Source: Eimeria praecox (lineage: Eukaryota). From it: a DNA stretch of 64,000 bases. Positions 12,001-29,111 of this stretch are shown piece by piece. Numbering within the stretch: position 1 is the first letter of the stretch; the number at the start of each line of letters is the position of its first letter. Position numbers and translations under genes: made by a program. The stretch lies in NCBI GenBank assembly GCA_963920595.1, contig OY986946.1, positions 7,130,001 to 7,194,000 of the forward strand. Direction: 5' to 3'. A model generated the notes under the pieces. It ran no database searches and was not told the origin of the DNA. It saw nothing but the letters and a program-made list of their open reading frames with translations.

Positions 12001-12689
12001 CAAGAGTACCAACAGCATGGTGGCTGTTGCACCCTTTCCTTACCGGGCAAGCATGCTTCTCAATTTCGTTTTGGGGCCAAGACTCCCATTTCCATTCTAA
12101 ATTGCATTCTTGGTACTTCGTAGATAGTCACGCATCTGTGTATGTTGCCATGCCCAACTACGGATGACGGATCAGACGGATCAAGCACAACACCACCATC
12201 ACTGGTGCATGCTTGCCTTGAGTTGTACCAGACCTTGCTACAAATGATGGCAAGTTCCCCCACATACGGTTGTGCCCAAACCCTCTTTCGACGAATGGAC
12301 AAGCATTGCATAGATTTGTTAAATGCTTATTTGGTCCTAGACGCCGAGCCTCCATGGAAGGAGGAACAAGTAAACCAGCTAGGGGAGGCCGTCCTGCATC
12401 TGCCCGCCTTTCCACAAGAAGGAGCCTGGGGTCTTGGGCGGCTTAGTCAGGGAAATCTAGAGCGGGGAAGTGGGGGGATATTATGGGAATGACTAAAGCC
12501 ATGAACACAGACGAAAGAAGAAAGGGGGCGGCTTCCGCTGCTGTTGCTTTTTTTGTGCTGCAGTGGCTGGAGGCCCGCGTCTCGCTGCAGCCGGCGAGAA
12601 AGGTAGTCTGGGCACTGACCGTAAATCGCATCCTGTGGCAAGCTCCTGGGATGTTGAGAACTGCTTTTCTTTTTTAGTGTGGACATCCC

Positions 12690-14620
12690 AATCTACTCAG
12701 AATATGCAGTGAGCCTTTACCGGCTCCCAATATCTCAAAGATGAGGCTTGGTACATGATGCAATCAAGCGCGTTAGCAAGAAAACGAATAGCGAATGTCC
12801 CTACCAAGCTTGTGGTGAGCTTCTTCAGCTTCTCATTCTCTTGCGGGTTTCGAACTGCATGCGAATCCGCCAAAACCGATTCAGTCAGGTTAAAAGCTGC
12901 TGCTGAAGGCCATTTGCCGCAAGTTCTTGTCTGGCATGCTTGTGCTTTCTTCATGCACAACAACGTTGCTGCAAGCTGTGTATGAGCTCCACAGGCTGCG
13001 AGCGTATGGATGTGGTTTGGAACAGCCAGGCCTCACGCAGCGGCAAACAACGGACTGTCCTTTGAGCCCAGGGATGGAGGAGAGCAATGGTTCGAATCAT
13101 GCATTGTTGTGCTATAATCCCTCCCGAGGAAGGAGTAGAACCAAGCCAGTTCGATGAATATTTTCTGAGTCTCCAGTCCCATATACATAACGAGCATCTG
13201 GTTCATGCGTTCAGCAGGGCCTGCTATCTCCGACTGATTGGCAGTGTTCGCCCTATGGTCAAAATTGAGCGGTTCCATGAATTCGCAACAGAAGGCGCTA
13301 ATGAACTTCTGGTCCCTGTCAGAAATAATGTTTTTCAAGTACCCGATCTTTAAAACGTGAGTTATGAATAATTGTGCCTGTCTCTCTGCTGTAATTGAGC
13401 AAGGATGGAAAATGAAGTGGGCATACTTACGGAACCTGTCCACCACAAATGCCACCACATCAGCTGATGGTAAACCCACTGTGGAGTCCACCGACATACT
13501 CATCTAGATCTGTTGAGAAACCGAAAGAGTTTGCAAGAGCCAGAGACCGACAAAGCTTCACGGACTTTCCTGCTAGCATTTCGTGGAGGTGAGGGCACAT
13601 CCTTCAGCTGAGGCGCGCATCCTATGCCACGCAAGGGACCTGGCCGCCCGTCCACTTTACGTTGACCTCATCATTTAAAGCATGACCGTGCACTTTGCGC
13701 AAAACGTCTGTGGCAAGTGAATATGGAGCGTAAAATCTGTGGAGTTCACGGTTTGTCTGGTACCACAATAGATTGCCGTCTGTGCTCTAGTACTTGACTC
13801 GTCTCCCGTTGTTGGTTTTACTATGAGCCACAACCGCGTTGATCTCTTTGAAGCAAGAAGAGCACAAGTGAGAAAGCAACCGGAATCTTTGCAAGCAAGG
13901 GCAGCTTGCAGACACAGTGCCTGAGCGGTAGGACGACAGGAGAACGCATCAGCTGGTGCGTTACGCTTGACTCTGAAGTCCTGCTGCGTGAGCCGTATGG
14001 GCCGCCTAACAACTACTTCATTATCGTTGCCTTAGAAACAGTTCTTCAGGCCTGTGAGGGAATGATGGCCAGTTCGAACAGTGAAGTGCCTGTCAGCTAA
14101 CCAATGAGGGCACTTCTTTATCCCATCCCAGGTTGCATAAAATTAGTGGAGTTAGCTGTTAAAAAAAGGGGTTGTCGAAATTAGGGAACGCAAGTACTAG
14201 AAACGATATCATGTGCCTGATGAGGCTTGAGGAAGCTTCTTCCTCTGTCTCTGCCCAAATAAGTTCCTCTTCCTTTTTGAATAGGTCCTTCAGACGCAGG
14301 GCGAGGTGAGCAAATCCAGGGAAGAAGTTGTAGTACGATGCGAAACCAATGAACGTGGGACTGTCTGGGTGTACAAGGGAAGCGGATACATCCAAATGGC
14401 CTCTATCTTTTCCGGACATGGTTTGGCTACTTCAGCGGAGGCATGAAACTGTAAGAAGGTAATTGATTACATGCAACCCAAGACTTCGATGCTTCTATGA
14501 AGCATGAAGCAGTGATTCTCATCGAGGAGTGACAGACTACAATGCATTTGCTGGAAGTGCTGCTGCCCATCCCGGATGAGTTCGTTCATGCATAAATCTG
14601 TCCTTAGTGTAATGATTGTT
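12690..14620 (-). mobile_element. Degenerate Ty3/gypsy (possibly chromovirus-type) remnant: RT end, RNase H connector, integrase
   Basis: 14159-14419 encodes FIGFASYYNFFPGFAHLALRLKDLFKKEEELIW...LVLAFPNFDNPF (RT/RNase H connector). 13033-13503 encodes SVDSTVGLP...VVDRFRKYAHF...ISDRDQKFISAF...GPAERMNQ (rve integrase core). 12697-12963 encodes KL..SLVGTFAI (GPF/Y-like motif) and YWEP (weakly chromodomain-like). Confidence 0.8.
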
Positions 14621-15613
14621 CTGTCGCTGTGAATTGATGTTACGCCCTTCTATATGGCTTGTGTCTATACTGGAGCTAGTTTTAGATGTGCCGTGTTCCG
14701 TGTTGTCATTTCCCATTGTACAATATGGTTCGCTTGCTTTGCCTGCACATAGGGGAATATTTGACACTTTCTTTTTTATGTGTAGGGCTGGCAATACAGC
14801 ACCTTGAATGCACCCTCATGGATTCCGCCGCAATATAAGCACATCAATCACCAGAGTTTGCTTCTCACCGAAGCCACTTCTTAAAACCTGTGAAGCATAA
14901 CGGCTTCCTTCCTTTACCATTTCATTTCTAGTATTCAAATGCGACACTGAAAATGAGTTCCTACCAAAAGAACCCTTCCTACGAAAAAATATCGAACCAT
15001 AGATATTTCTTTCTAACCATCTACGGAAACAAGCAAAAGAGAATACGGAAACACGTACAGTGCACTTCTAGGCTGCAACCTCCCTAGAATAAATCTAACT
15101 AAGCATAGCAGCGGCCTACTCCAGCAGCAGACTGAGACAGCCACAAACGGTATGGTTACTGCTGCCGCAGCGAACAGTGGCCTGGGAAGCTGCATGGACG
15201 AAGTTGTTAATGGCTCAACACCCAAGCGAAGCAGATACCTAACAAAGTTTCGCCGCTTTGTTGCGCCGTTTGGCTGCAACAATTTCGCTTCTAAGCATAG
15301 CAAGGTAAGCCATTTCCACGAAGTGCTGCAACGAAATCTAATTGAAGATTATTTGCTACAGCAAAGGAACAGCCTAAGGAAGAGTACTTCTACTTCTTTC
15401 TTTTGCTAGTACGACTACTTCCTTCTCTTGCTCGTTGAAAACATAAACTTCTGTGAAATCTAAGACGCTGATTATGCCTATGACGGCTTCGTCGGAAAAC
15501 ACCTTAACTATGTTACCCAAATTGGCATTAACAACCCCAAACAAAAACCCTAGGGTTTCTGGCTGCTTCTGCATTCAAGAGAGCCAGGTCCTGATCAAAA
15601 GGTCTGTTTGTTG

Positions 15614-18238
15614 CTACTGTCTTCCTGAGCAAGCTTCAGCCACTACCTTCTGACGAAGGTGAAGGACAAACAGCTCCAAGGTCACAAGAGCTGCAATTGC
15701 AGTTACTACCGCACCCGGCACCCACCATGCCATTTCACATACTCTGCGTAGCATCCACACAAACGTACACAACCAGACAAACAGCAATTATGAAATTTAC
15801 ACAGGCAATTTCTTGTCAGGACTCTGAAATATTTAAACATGAAGAACATAAGTGCATGCATGCAGGAAGTTCGGCGCTCGCTTCACTTGCTAGCCATTGT
15901 ATGACTCTCTAGTTGTTTATACATGTGTAGTGCTGCTGCTGCGCATACGACTCGAATAAACAAACACGACATAGAAGGATAGCTAGCAGCCGCTCTGCAG
16001 GCGAGAATGCTGGATTAGGTTGATCCAACGGCCGCCTTCTGGCTATCTGAAGGCACTACCACGCTCAGCTCACTTCGTCTCTTCGTTGAGCTCGAAAAGA
16101 ATCTTGACGCTGCAGTCAGGATCAGCGCATCGGTTTGTGTAGGGTACGTACGCCTGTTCCCCTCTGCATACAAACAGCCGAAACAGGAGATTCGTCCAGA
16201 AACGTTTTCACTAGCAGGAACAATCTAACAGGGAAGACAATGAGACGAGACACTACCCCATACCACAGCGGCATTTAGAGACAAGTTTCTCTATATTTCT
16301 GTAACACTGTCAAATAGTAAGGACTTTGCCTGATCAGCTCATCTTCACTGACATGCAAGTCGCCCGGACAGCACAGGCAGAGTCGTTCTCAGGCTCTGGA
16401 GATTTCTCTTGCAGCCCCACACGCCAGTTATCCCTGTCCATCACCACCTTGAAGGCCGATAGAACTGCATAATTAAATGTGCACATCACACGGTGAAGTC
16501 TGTAGGTCAATGTGCTGCAGCTGCAGGAGGAGAGGCAATCAGATAACACAAAACCGTGGGCTCGTATTAATGAGCATCAGCAACTGTGCTATTGTTGCTG
16601 TTGTTTTTTTACGTTTTTATTTTGTATTTATTTTGTATTATTTTCGCTAAGAGGAAGACAGACAAACCCCTAGTGCCGAAGCGAATTTGACGCCACTGGT
16701 CAGCCCCCATAGATAAGAAAGGCTGAGGCACGACACAGAGGACTTCCCCTACGCCTGGTTCATAAACAACGAGACGTTCTAGAGGGAGATGAAGTCTCGG
16801 GCTATCAGGAGATGTTTGTGAGAGAGTGAAAGAAAGAGAAGGAAGAGGACGGATATTCATTCGATGTAATAAAGGACAAGTGCGTCTGTACGTTCGCTCT
16901 CCTGTATCGTCTGTCACTGTCACAGGCCTCGATACATGTGCATTTATACTATCTTCTTCTGATTCAGGGTCTTTACATAATTCATGATCAATATCTAACG
17001 GTAGCCAAGCCCTCAAACTCCTCCACATAGGCGGAGGCACCACCATACACTCCGAGCTGCATGCACAAGGCCAGAAACAACAAAGGTGTATGAGTTTACA
17101 ACAACTCATACACCTCAGATCCCCCATAGCAGATACATCCTTACACAGAAAGCAACAAAAGAAATATCTTTAAAAAAATATCATCATTTCAATTCGCCCA
17201 ATTTCTATGTTTTTCACAGGAGAAAACATAGAAACCTCTCGACCCAAGCATCACGCAGCTAAGTACAACTTCATGTACAAACAAACATCAAAAAATAAAA
17301 TAAAATAAATAAAAAGATAATACATTCAAACGAAGGTAGACTATGCCCTATGATGCGGCCTTTCTTCTTGTTTGCATGCAACGTGTTACATGTTTGTCAG
17401 TGTATTTGGTGCTATAGATATGTTTCCTTCTCTGCTTCATGTTGTTATGTGTTGTTTGTTGGGGTGTCTATCCACCTGCATGCAATATTGAGAAAGCAAG
17501 CTATTCAAAAGCTTCTCTCCTCCTACCTGAGATCTACGACAGCCTCCCAAGAAGAAGACAGCGGGTGGCCTATCTGTGCCCCACACAATTGCCAGTCAAA
17601 AGTAGAAAAATGAATCAAAGCATCAACTCCAGCAGCCCCAGTTTGCATGCGTTCCGCCCACATCATTTCCCCGAATATCTTCCTTGCATCACTAGAAAAA
17701 TATATGTTAGAAGGCAACAATGGACCCGTGGGGCCCCCCCCCTGAGGCCCCTCTTGCGAAGAGGGGGGCCCCCCTTGATGTTCTCCCTCCTGTGAGGTGG
17801 AGGAACCCTGATGATGCCCTTCTGAGGAGGTGGGGGCCCCCTGCTGATGTACATCCTGCGAGGAGGGGGCCCCCTGAAGATGCCCCTCAGAGGAGGATGG
17901 GGCCCCTTGTAAGGGAGGCCCCTTAGAAGGAGGTAAGTTGATGTCTATCCCTACTCCCTTTACGTTCGGCTCCAACAGCATATTCCACAAGGAGGCCTCG
18001 CGACAGCAGAGGTCAGGACCTGCAGGAGACAGAGAGAATTGAAACAGAAAACAAAACAAGAAAAAAAACAAAAGAAAATATACTTTCGAGTGTATAGATA
18101 TACAGAAGCACAGTGTATATACACACCATCACAGCAATCATCACACGCTTCCTTTTGATGATTAAGGTTTAGGGTTTAGGGTTTAGTTTAGGGTTTAGGG
18201 TTTTTCTGAGACACGCAAGGCACCAACGACGGCGAAGA

Positions 18239-18317
<79 letters not shown>

Positions 18318-18429
18318 ACTCTCTCTCGCTCTCTCCCTCTCTTTCAACTGTTTTAATTTATTGTAAAATAAAGTTATATTTGTTTGCTTAACGGTTTTAA
18401 CTCGATTGTATCACGCCTCATATTCGGTG

Positions 18430-18461
<32 letters not shown>

Positions 18462-18777
18462 GCAGCAGCAGCAGCAGCAATTAGCCTCACCTGCTATCCC
18501 CCACACTCCATCTAAACCCTTGTAAGCATCGAATTCTCTGTCTCGATCAAGCACCAACTTCACCGGAAATCTACTAAGGCGGAGTGCAAATGGAGAGGGT
18601 ACAGGCAAGCCTTGGGGGCCCCCTTGGGGGCCCCCATGGGGGCCCCCGGGGGGCCCCCATGAATGCCTATTTACATGCGAAGGATGGCTTGGAGGCAGCA
18701 ACTCGACAGTGTCATATCCCTCTAGTCGAAGCTCTGATACGAATATCCCGTCAACTACTTGTTTATATCTGCAGCAG

Positions 18778-18843
<66 letters not shown>

Positions 18844-19052
18844 GAGAGAGAGATAACGTATAAGCACACACATACACACTCCACCGCTGCTGCTGCTGCT
18901 GTTCCTGCAGTTGCTGCTGCTGCAGTTGCTGCTGCTGCTGCAGTTGTTGCACTGAAATAGACATATAACAGGCGTTCGTACACTCGAAAGAGAAGTCAAG
19001 AGAAGACTCAAAAGAGTTAAAGGAGCACACACACACACACACACATACACAT

Positions 19053-19097
<45 letters not shown>

Positions 19098-19434
19098 TTG
19101 CAGCAAGCCTCACCTTGCTGCATACTGCGGGTCGTGCTGCTTCGATGGCCGGCAGCTGAAGGGGGCCTCCGAGAACGGGCTACACATCTCCTTCCAGTTC
19201 AAGCACCAAGTACTTGCTGCTGAGGCATCGGGGTCGTAGCAAGCTTGTTGCTGCTGCTGCTGCTGCTGCTTCCTCTGCTGCTTACGCTTCTCTGCTGTAT
19301 CTCCTTCCCCTGGTTGTTGCTGCTCCTGATGTTGTTCGTGCGCATCCTGCTGTTGTTGCTGCTGCTGCTGCAGCTGCTGCTGCTCCGAGTTGTGTATCTC
19401 TGCGGCTCCCGTATCTTCTGAATCCGGATTTTGC

Positions 19435-19470
<36 letters not shown>

Positions 19471-19910
19471 AGTGCAGCAGTTAGCCTTCCGGAAGTACAG
19501 GAGGGAGTCCCTGAAGCGAATAGCCTTAGACCTTCCTTACATGACTCCAAACCCAGCAGCAGCTGCTGCCCCCCCACCCGAACAGGTAGAGCAGCACGCA
19601 CCCCCACTATCTGCAGCGGCAGCTGCACTGTCTCTGAAGTGTCTCCTCCTCTCCATCTGTCTGTTGTATTTGCTGCTGCTGCTGCTGCAGTTGTTGCTGC
19701 TGCAGTCAATGCTGCACTTGAAACTACCTGTGGGGCTGTTGCTGCAACAGAGGGAGCTGCTTCAGGTACTTCTGCTGCTTCTGCTGCTGTGAGGAAACAC
19801 CAGCAGCAGCAGCAGCAGCAGGAGCAAACCAAGAGAGACAGAATGCGTATGAGACGCCAGGACAGCAGACGGGGGCCCCCGGGCCCCCTGTGGGCCCCCC
19901 CCTTCCCCAT
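15614..19910 (-). CDS. Pepsin-like (peptidase A1 fold) protein with signal peptide, Cys-rich module and C-terminal TM helix; catalytic motifs degenerate; 7 exons, 762 aa
   Basis: Exons 19114-19910, 18491-18768, 17527-18019, 16668-17056, 16353-16464, 16074-16163 and 15614-15743 are all GT-AG and phase-compatible (2289 nt). A1 landmarks appear in order: VRVGGQQLLLGLE, CYDPDAS, EGYDTV, DGVWGIAG, AVVDLSSECMVVP, LPSLSF, IRFGTRVLSAFKVVMDRDNWRVG. TM segment WWVPGAVVTAIAALVTLELFVL. Confidence 0.8.
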
Positions 19911-21109
19911 AGATTTCTAAGGGGGTACGAGAATAGCAGCGCAGGGGGGCCCCCCTTGTGCCTTGAGAGTGGCAAAGCCCCCCGGCCGTGGGGCCCCCAC
20001 GGCTTCCGAGCTGCGAGAGAAGATATACGGGTTCCTGACAAGTGGCTTCTAATGTTATCTGCTCCCCTAGAGCTGCTGCTGTTGCTGTTGCTGCTGCTGC
20101 TGTCGCACTGCTGCTGCTGCTGCTGCTGCTGCGCAGCTGCCGCTGCTGCTGCTGCCGCTGTGTTCAGTTGCTCTGGTTCTGCTGTTGTCTTTGTCTGGAG
20201 GATGTATTACGGAAGGTTTAATAGAAATAGAAATGAATTTAGGGATAACAAAGGAGAAAGAGTTAGATTATAGTTAAGAAGCAGCGCATGCAAACATAAG
20301 CAGCGGCGGTAGCACCGACGACAGGTCAGGGGGCCCCCAGTAGCGGCGTAAGCTTCGGCTTTTAGATGTTTTTGAGGTATATCCTTTGTTTATATTACAT
20401 TTATATTTAAAAATAATATATAAACAGAAAGAAATACACAAATGTTGCTGTCGTTAGGATGTACAAGACAGACAGACAATGCTGCTAGCGTCACCGAACA
20501 CGGGGCCCCCCTGCATGGTGGGGGCCCCCCCTGGGGGGCCCCTCCTCTCGTCTCTGTGTGTGTTGTTGCTACTGTTATAAGAATAAACAATTATATTTTA
20601 CTAAAACTAACACTTGTATTATATATTACTTGGTTTCTTGTTCTATGATGCCGCATACATGCTGTCTATGGCTTTCATACAAAACCAGCAAGGGGGGGTG
20701 AGGGTGGGGGTTGGGGGAGGGGGGGTTATTGAGTAGGTTCGAGTGTTTGTTTGCGGTGTTGTTTGTTGATTATTCTAAAATAAACAACAAATAGTGTAGT
20801 TAATACATGTAAAATAGAAGAAAGACAGCGTAGGCGTGTCTAAAGATGCATGCAATATGTAGAGGAAACCGCAAGAGGTGTATGATGGGCTGTCTATAGT
20901 GTTTCAGGTGTATAGACAGCTGTATATAAGAAGGGATATAAGGTGTATGAGATGTAGATAGACGTGTATAGCTGTACATAGAGACGTACAAGCTGCAGAA
21001 AGAGGTGGTTCGGGTGTATGGGGAGGTGGATAAGGTATTTTAGGTGTATTCAAATATGTATGAAGGCTTATAATGTATTATGATGTGTTTAAGGAGTGAG
21101 AGACGTATA

Positions 21110-24800
<3,691 letters not shown>

Positions 24801-24859
24801 AAAGATATGTATGAGGTGTATGTAAAGAAAAGCAGAATTAGACAGTGTATAATACTCCT

Positions 24860-24909
<50 letters not shown>

Positions 24910-25228
24910 TATGTTTTATATTATATGTATAATATATATTGTATATTATATATATATATATATACTTCGCATACTTCTTTATTTATTTGCCTCGTTCTGC
25001 CTTCAACATTATAAAAAAGTAGAATTTTGTCTAAGAGTAATATTGTAATATAGGCGATGCGGTGTATATAAACTGTACAGCCCCAAGGGCGTGCATGCAC
25101 TGGAGAGGTGTATATACACCTCAGAATGTAAGAATAAACAGTATAAACAAACAAACAACACAAACAAAACAAAGAACGAAAATGAGGGAGAGAGGGTGGA
25201 GGGGTTGTGTGTAGGCAAAATTATGTGT

Positions 25229-25384
25229 AGTATTTTCAGGTGTATATGCAGCTACTGTTTAGTATTTTCAGGTGTATATGCAGCTATTGTTTAGTATTTT
25301 CAGGTGTATATGCAGCTATTGTTTAGTATTTTCAGGTGTCTATGCAGCTATTGTTTAGTATTTTCAGGTGTATATGCAGCTATT
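25229..25384. repeat. Minisatellite, 5 x 32 bp (AGTATTTTCAGGTGTATATGCAGCTATTGTTT)
   Basis: Five near-identical head-to-tail copies read directly from the sequence. Confidence 0.95.
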
Positions 25385-25648
25385 AAGGGGACAGGGAGGG
25401 CAGCCACACTTCTCTGTAGAGTGTCTGCTGCTGTTGTCTACAGCAATTATTAATAAATAATTATTAATAATTATTTATTAATGTGTTTCGCTTATCTCTT
25501 ATCAAGTAGAAAGGTAGAAAGGTAGTGTTTATTCTTATTCTTCAGAAACCCTAAACCCTAAACCCTAGATCTACCCCTACCCCTTAGGGTCGCCATAGGA
25601 ACGCAGTTGCTGCTGTTGCTTTTCTTGTTCTGCTAGCTCGAGGCCCCC

Positions 25649-25704
<56 letters not shown>

Positions 25705-26357
25705 GCAGCACATATATGCATGCATGTATATCCAAACATCACGGGGCTTTTCTAATTAGTAAGAAACAGCATCTCTTTATCTTGAAGGGTGCATGCAGCC
25801 CCAAATCGAGGAAGGAAGGGTTTGAATCCTTATAGACAGATATAGCTGTTTGTTTGTGTTTAAATAAACACAACAAACAAAACAAAAACATATTAGAGGC
25901 CCCACATACGCTTGCTGCTCTACAAGATATACTACTAGTCCGCTGACGCCCCTACTGCTGCTGCTCTTGCTGCTGCTGATGATGATGATGAGAGTGCTGC
26001 TGCTGCTGCTGCTGCTGTGGGGCCCGCCGCTCTGTGAAGCAGGGGGAGTGGAGGGCAAGAGCAGCAGCTACTCAGGTGTACATACACTCGAACCTCAAGG
26101 GTAAGTAGGGGTGCATGCAGCCCCAAAACTACAAAGACACAGTGCAGTGTTTATGTATTGTTGCAGCAAGGGGGGAGGGGGGGGAAGAGTGTGTTTATCT
26201 AGTGGGGTTGTTAATCCTAATATACCTACAACAAAAACAACTCTAAACCCTAAACCCTAAACCCTAAACATTCAAATAGAAGTTGCTCTTTACATTTTAA
26301 GAAAGCATTAGCTGCCTCCTCATATCCCCCACAGACAATATCATTCATCCCCCCGTC

Positions 26358-26648
26358 AGGCCCCTCATGGGGCCCCTAACAGGGGCCCCCTCAAGTACCC
26401 TCTCAAGGGGGCCCCCCTCAGGGGGCCCCCTCAAGTACCCTCTCAAGGGGGCCCCCCTCAGGGGGGCTCCTCAAGTACCCCCTCAAGGGGGGCCCCCCTC
26501 GAGGGGGCAACCCCCCCTCAGGGGGCCCCCTCATGGGGGCCCCTCAAGGGGGGCCCCTCAGGGGGGGGCCCTCAAGGGGGGCCCCTCAGGGGGGGCCCCT
26601 CAAGGGGGCCCCTCAGGGGGGGCCCCTCAAGGGGGCCCCTTGAGGGGC
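26358..26648. repeat. GC-rich GGGGGCCCCTCA(A) tandem array
   Basis: Many self-complementary G-run/C-run units linked by TCA(A). Confidence 0.9.
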
Positions 26649-27055
26649 ATGAATGGATTGAAACGCTTTTGTAATGCTGCAGAAGAAGTCAACAAAAAGA
26701 TAAAGACCTCGAAAATATATTAAAATATATTAGCGGGGCCCCTAGGAGCAGCAGCAGCAGCAGCAGGACCTGCTGCTGCTGCTGCTGCTGCTGCTGCAGG
26801 ACAAGAAGCCAATAAGAATGATGAGTAGCCCAGCTAAACCCTCGCTACATTCTCTGCGGCTCAGCGGGGGCCCCCGGGCCCCCCCCCCATATCCCTCGGG
26901 GGCCCCCCTCCCCTCTAAGGCAAAAGTAAAGAAGAATTTGTTAAGAAACGCAGCTCATCGGGGCCCCTGTACCCTATCTCTGGCGCCGTATGGGGGCCCC
27001 CTCTTGCTGCCGCTGCTGCTGCTGCCGCTGCTGCTGCTGCTGCTGCTGCTGCTGT

Positions 27056-27212
27056 TTATCTAGCTCTAGGACGAGCAGCTAAAGCTGAGGCTTGTAGTCT
27101 TGCTGTTAGTGCCTCAGTATTAGCGAGGGACTGCAGCAGCTGCTGCACTGTCTCAGATTGAATTGTTAACAGCCGCAGCAAAGCAGGAGCAGCAACAGGC
27201 TGCTCTTCCTCC

Positions 27213-27243
<31 letters not shown>

Positions 27244-27379
27244 CTGGTTGCTGCTGCTGCAGACTCGCCAGCCATACACGCAACCCATCAATCCGCTGCT
27301 GCCAATCGGCCCACTGAAAGTCCTCCTGCAGCAGCAGCAGCAACAACAACAGCAGCAGCAGCAACAGCAGCAGCAGCAA

Positions 27380-27414
<35 letters not shown>

Positions 27415-27674
27415 ACAGCAGCAGCATAACCTTAATTACGACTTCTCTCTTTCTTGGCAGCAAGACTAACAAACATGTGCGCTCAAACCAGCAGCAGCAC
27501 CAGCAACAGATGTGCTGCTGCTGCTGCTGCTGCTGCTGTTGCTGCTGTTGCTGTTGCTACTGCTGCATCGAGGTTTTACCTGAATTCGCATCAACAGCTG
27601 CTCATTTGCTGCTTCGCAGCGCGGGTTCGCCTCACAGACACCGCGGCTAACGGCTAGTCCTGCAGCAGCAGCAA

Positions 27675-27706
<32 letters not shown>

Positions 27707-28014
27707 ACAGCAGCAGCAGCGTCTTGAAAACAAAATAGTTGAAGAATGCCGCTTAACAATAAGCAGCAGCAGCAGCAGCAGCACAAATTTGTTGTGAGGC
27801 ACCATATATCTAGCACGAAGAGCAGCAGCAGCAGCAACAGGGACAGTAGCAGCAGCAGCAGCAGCAGCAAACCCTCAGCAGCAACAGCAGCAACAGCAGC
27901 AACAGCAGCAAAAAGTGTAGCAGCAAAACCGCAGCAGCAAAACCGCAGCAGCAGTGGCAGCAGCCAAACAGCAACAGCAGCAGCAGCAACAGCAGCAGCA
28001 ACAGCAGCAGAACC

Positions 28015-28049
<35 letters not shown>

Positions 28050-28418
28050 GGGGCGCACCTTCAAGCAGCCCAACTGTTCTGATGAGGCTGTGACCTAAGA
28101 CTGCGTGTCTCTTCTTAATCCGCACCAACTGTATCCAAACAGCAGCAACAGCAGCAGCAGCAGCAGCACATGCAGCACACGCAGCAGCAGCAACAGCAGC
28201 AGCAATAAGAAAACAATTCATCGACAGCAACACTACCAGCAGCAACAGCAACAGCAGCAGCACCACCAAACATGGCGGCAGCAGCAGCTGCTGCTGCAGC
28301 AGCAGCAGCAACAGCAACAGCAGCAGCAGCAAATTGCGACGTCCTCTAATGCTTGTCGAGGCTGTCTCCGGAGCAGCAGCAAGAGCAGCAACAGCAGCAA
28401 CAACAACAACAGCAGCAG

Positions 28419-28486
<68 letters not shown>

Positions 28487-28796
28487 GCAGCATTTTGTCT
28501 TACAGCTGCCCTCATTTGTTTATATTTATCCACCAAAGCTTCTGTGTCTCTTGCTGTTGCTGCGGCTGCTGCTACGATTGTCTCTGTTCTTTCAGCAGCA
28601 CCAGATATTCTTGCTGCTAAGCCCTGCAGCCCCACGACAGGAGTCACCACACCTGCAGCAGCAGCAGCAGCAGCAGCAGCAAAAGCAGCAGCAGCAGCAA
28701 CAGATAAGAGTTAGAGGGAGAAGATAGACTGTGTGGCTGAGGTTACAACGCTGCTTCTGCTGCTGCTGCTGCTGGTGCTGTTGCTGCTGCTGCTGT

Positions 28797-28840
<44 letters not shown>

Positions 28841-29074
28841 TTGCTGCTGCTGCTGTTCAAGTGTAATGAAACCACAACTGTAAACCCTAAACCCTAAACC
28901 CTAAACCCTAAACCCTAAACCCTAGGCTCGCACCAGCGAGACGATTAGGGTTTCTGTGAGCCGCCCTCTGCCAGCGCGCCAGAATCTCTTGTCCTTGCTG
29001 CGGGTTTGCTGCTGCTAGCTGCTGCAGCTGCTGCTCCATCTGTAGGTTTTGCTGCTGTGCTGGTGTGAGCCCTG

Positions 29075-29111
<37 letters not shown>

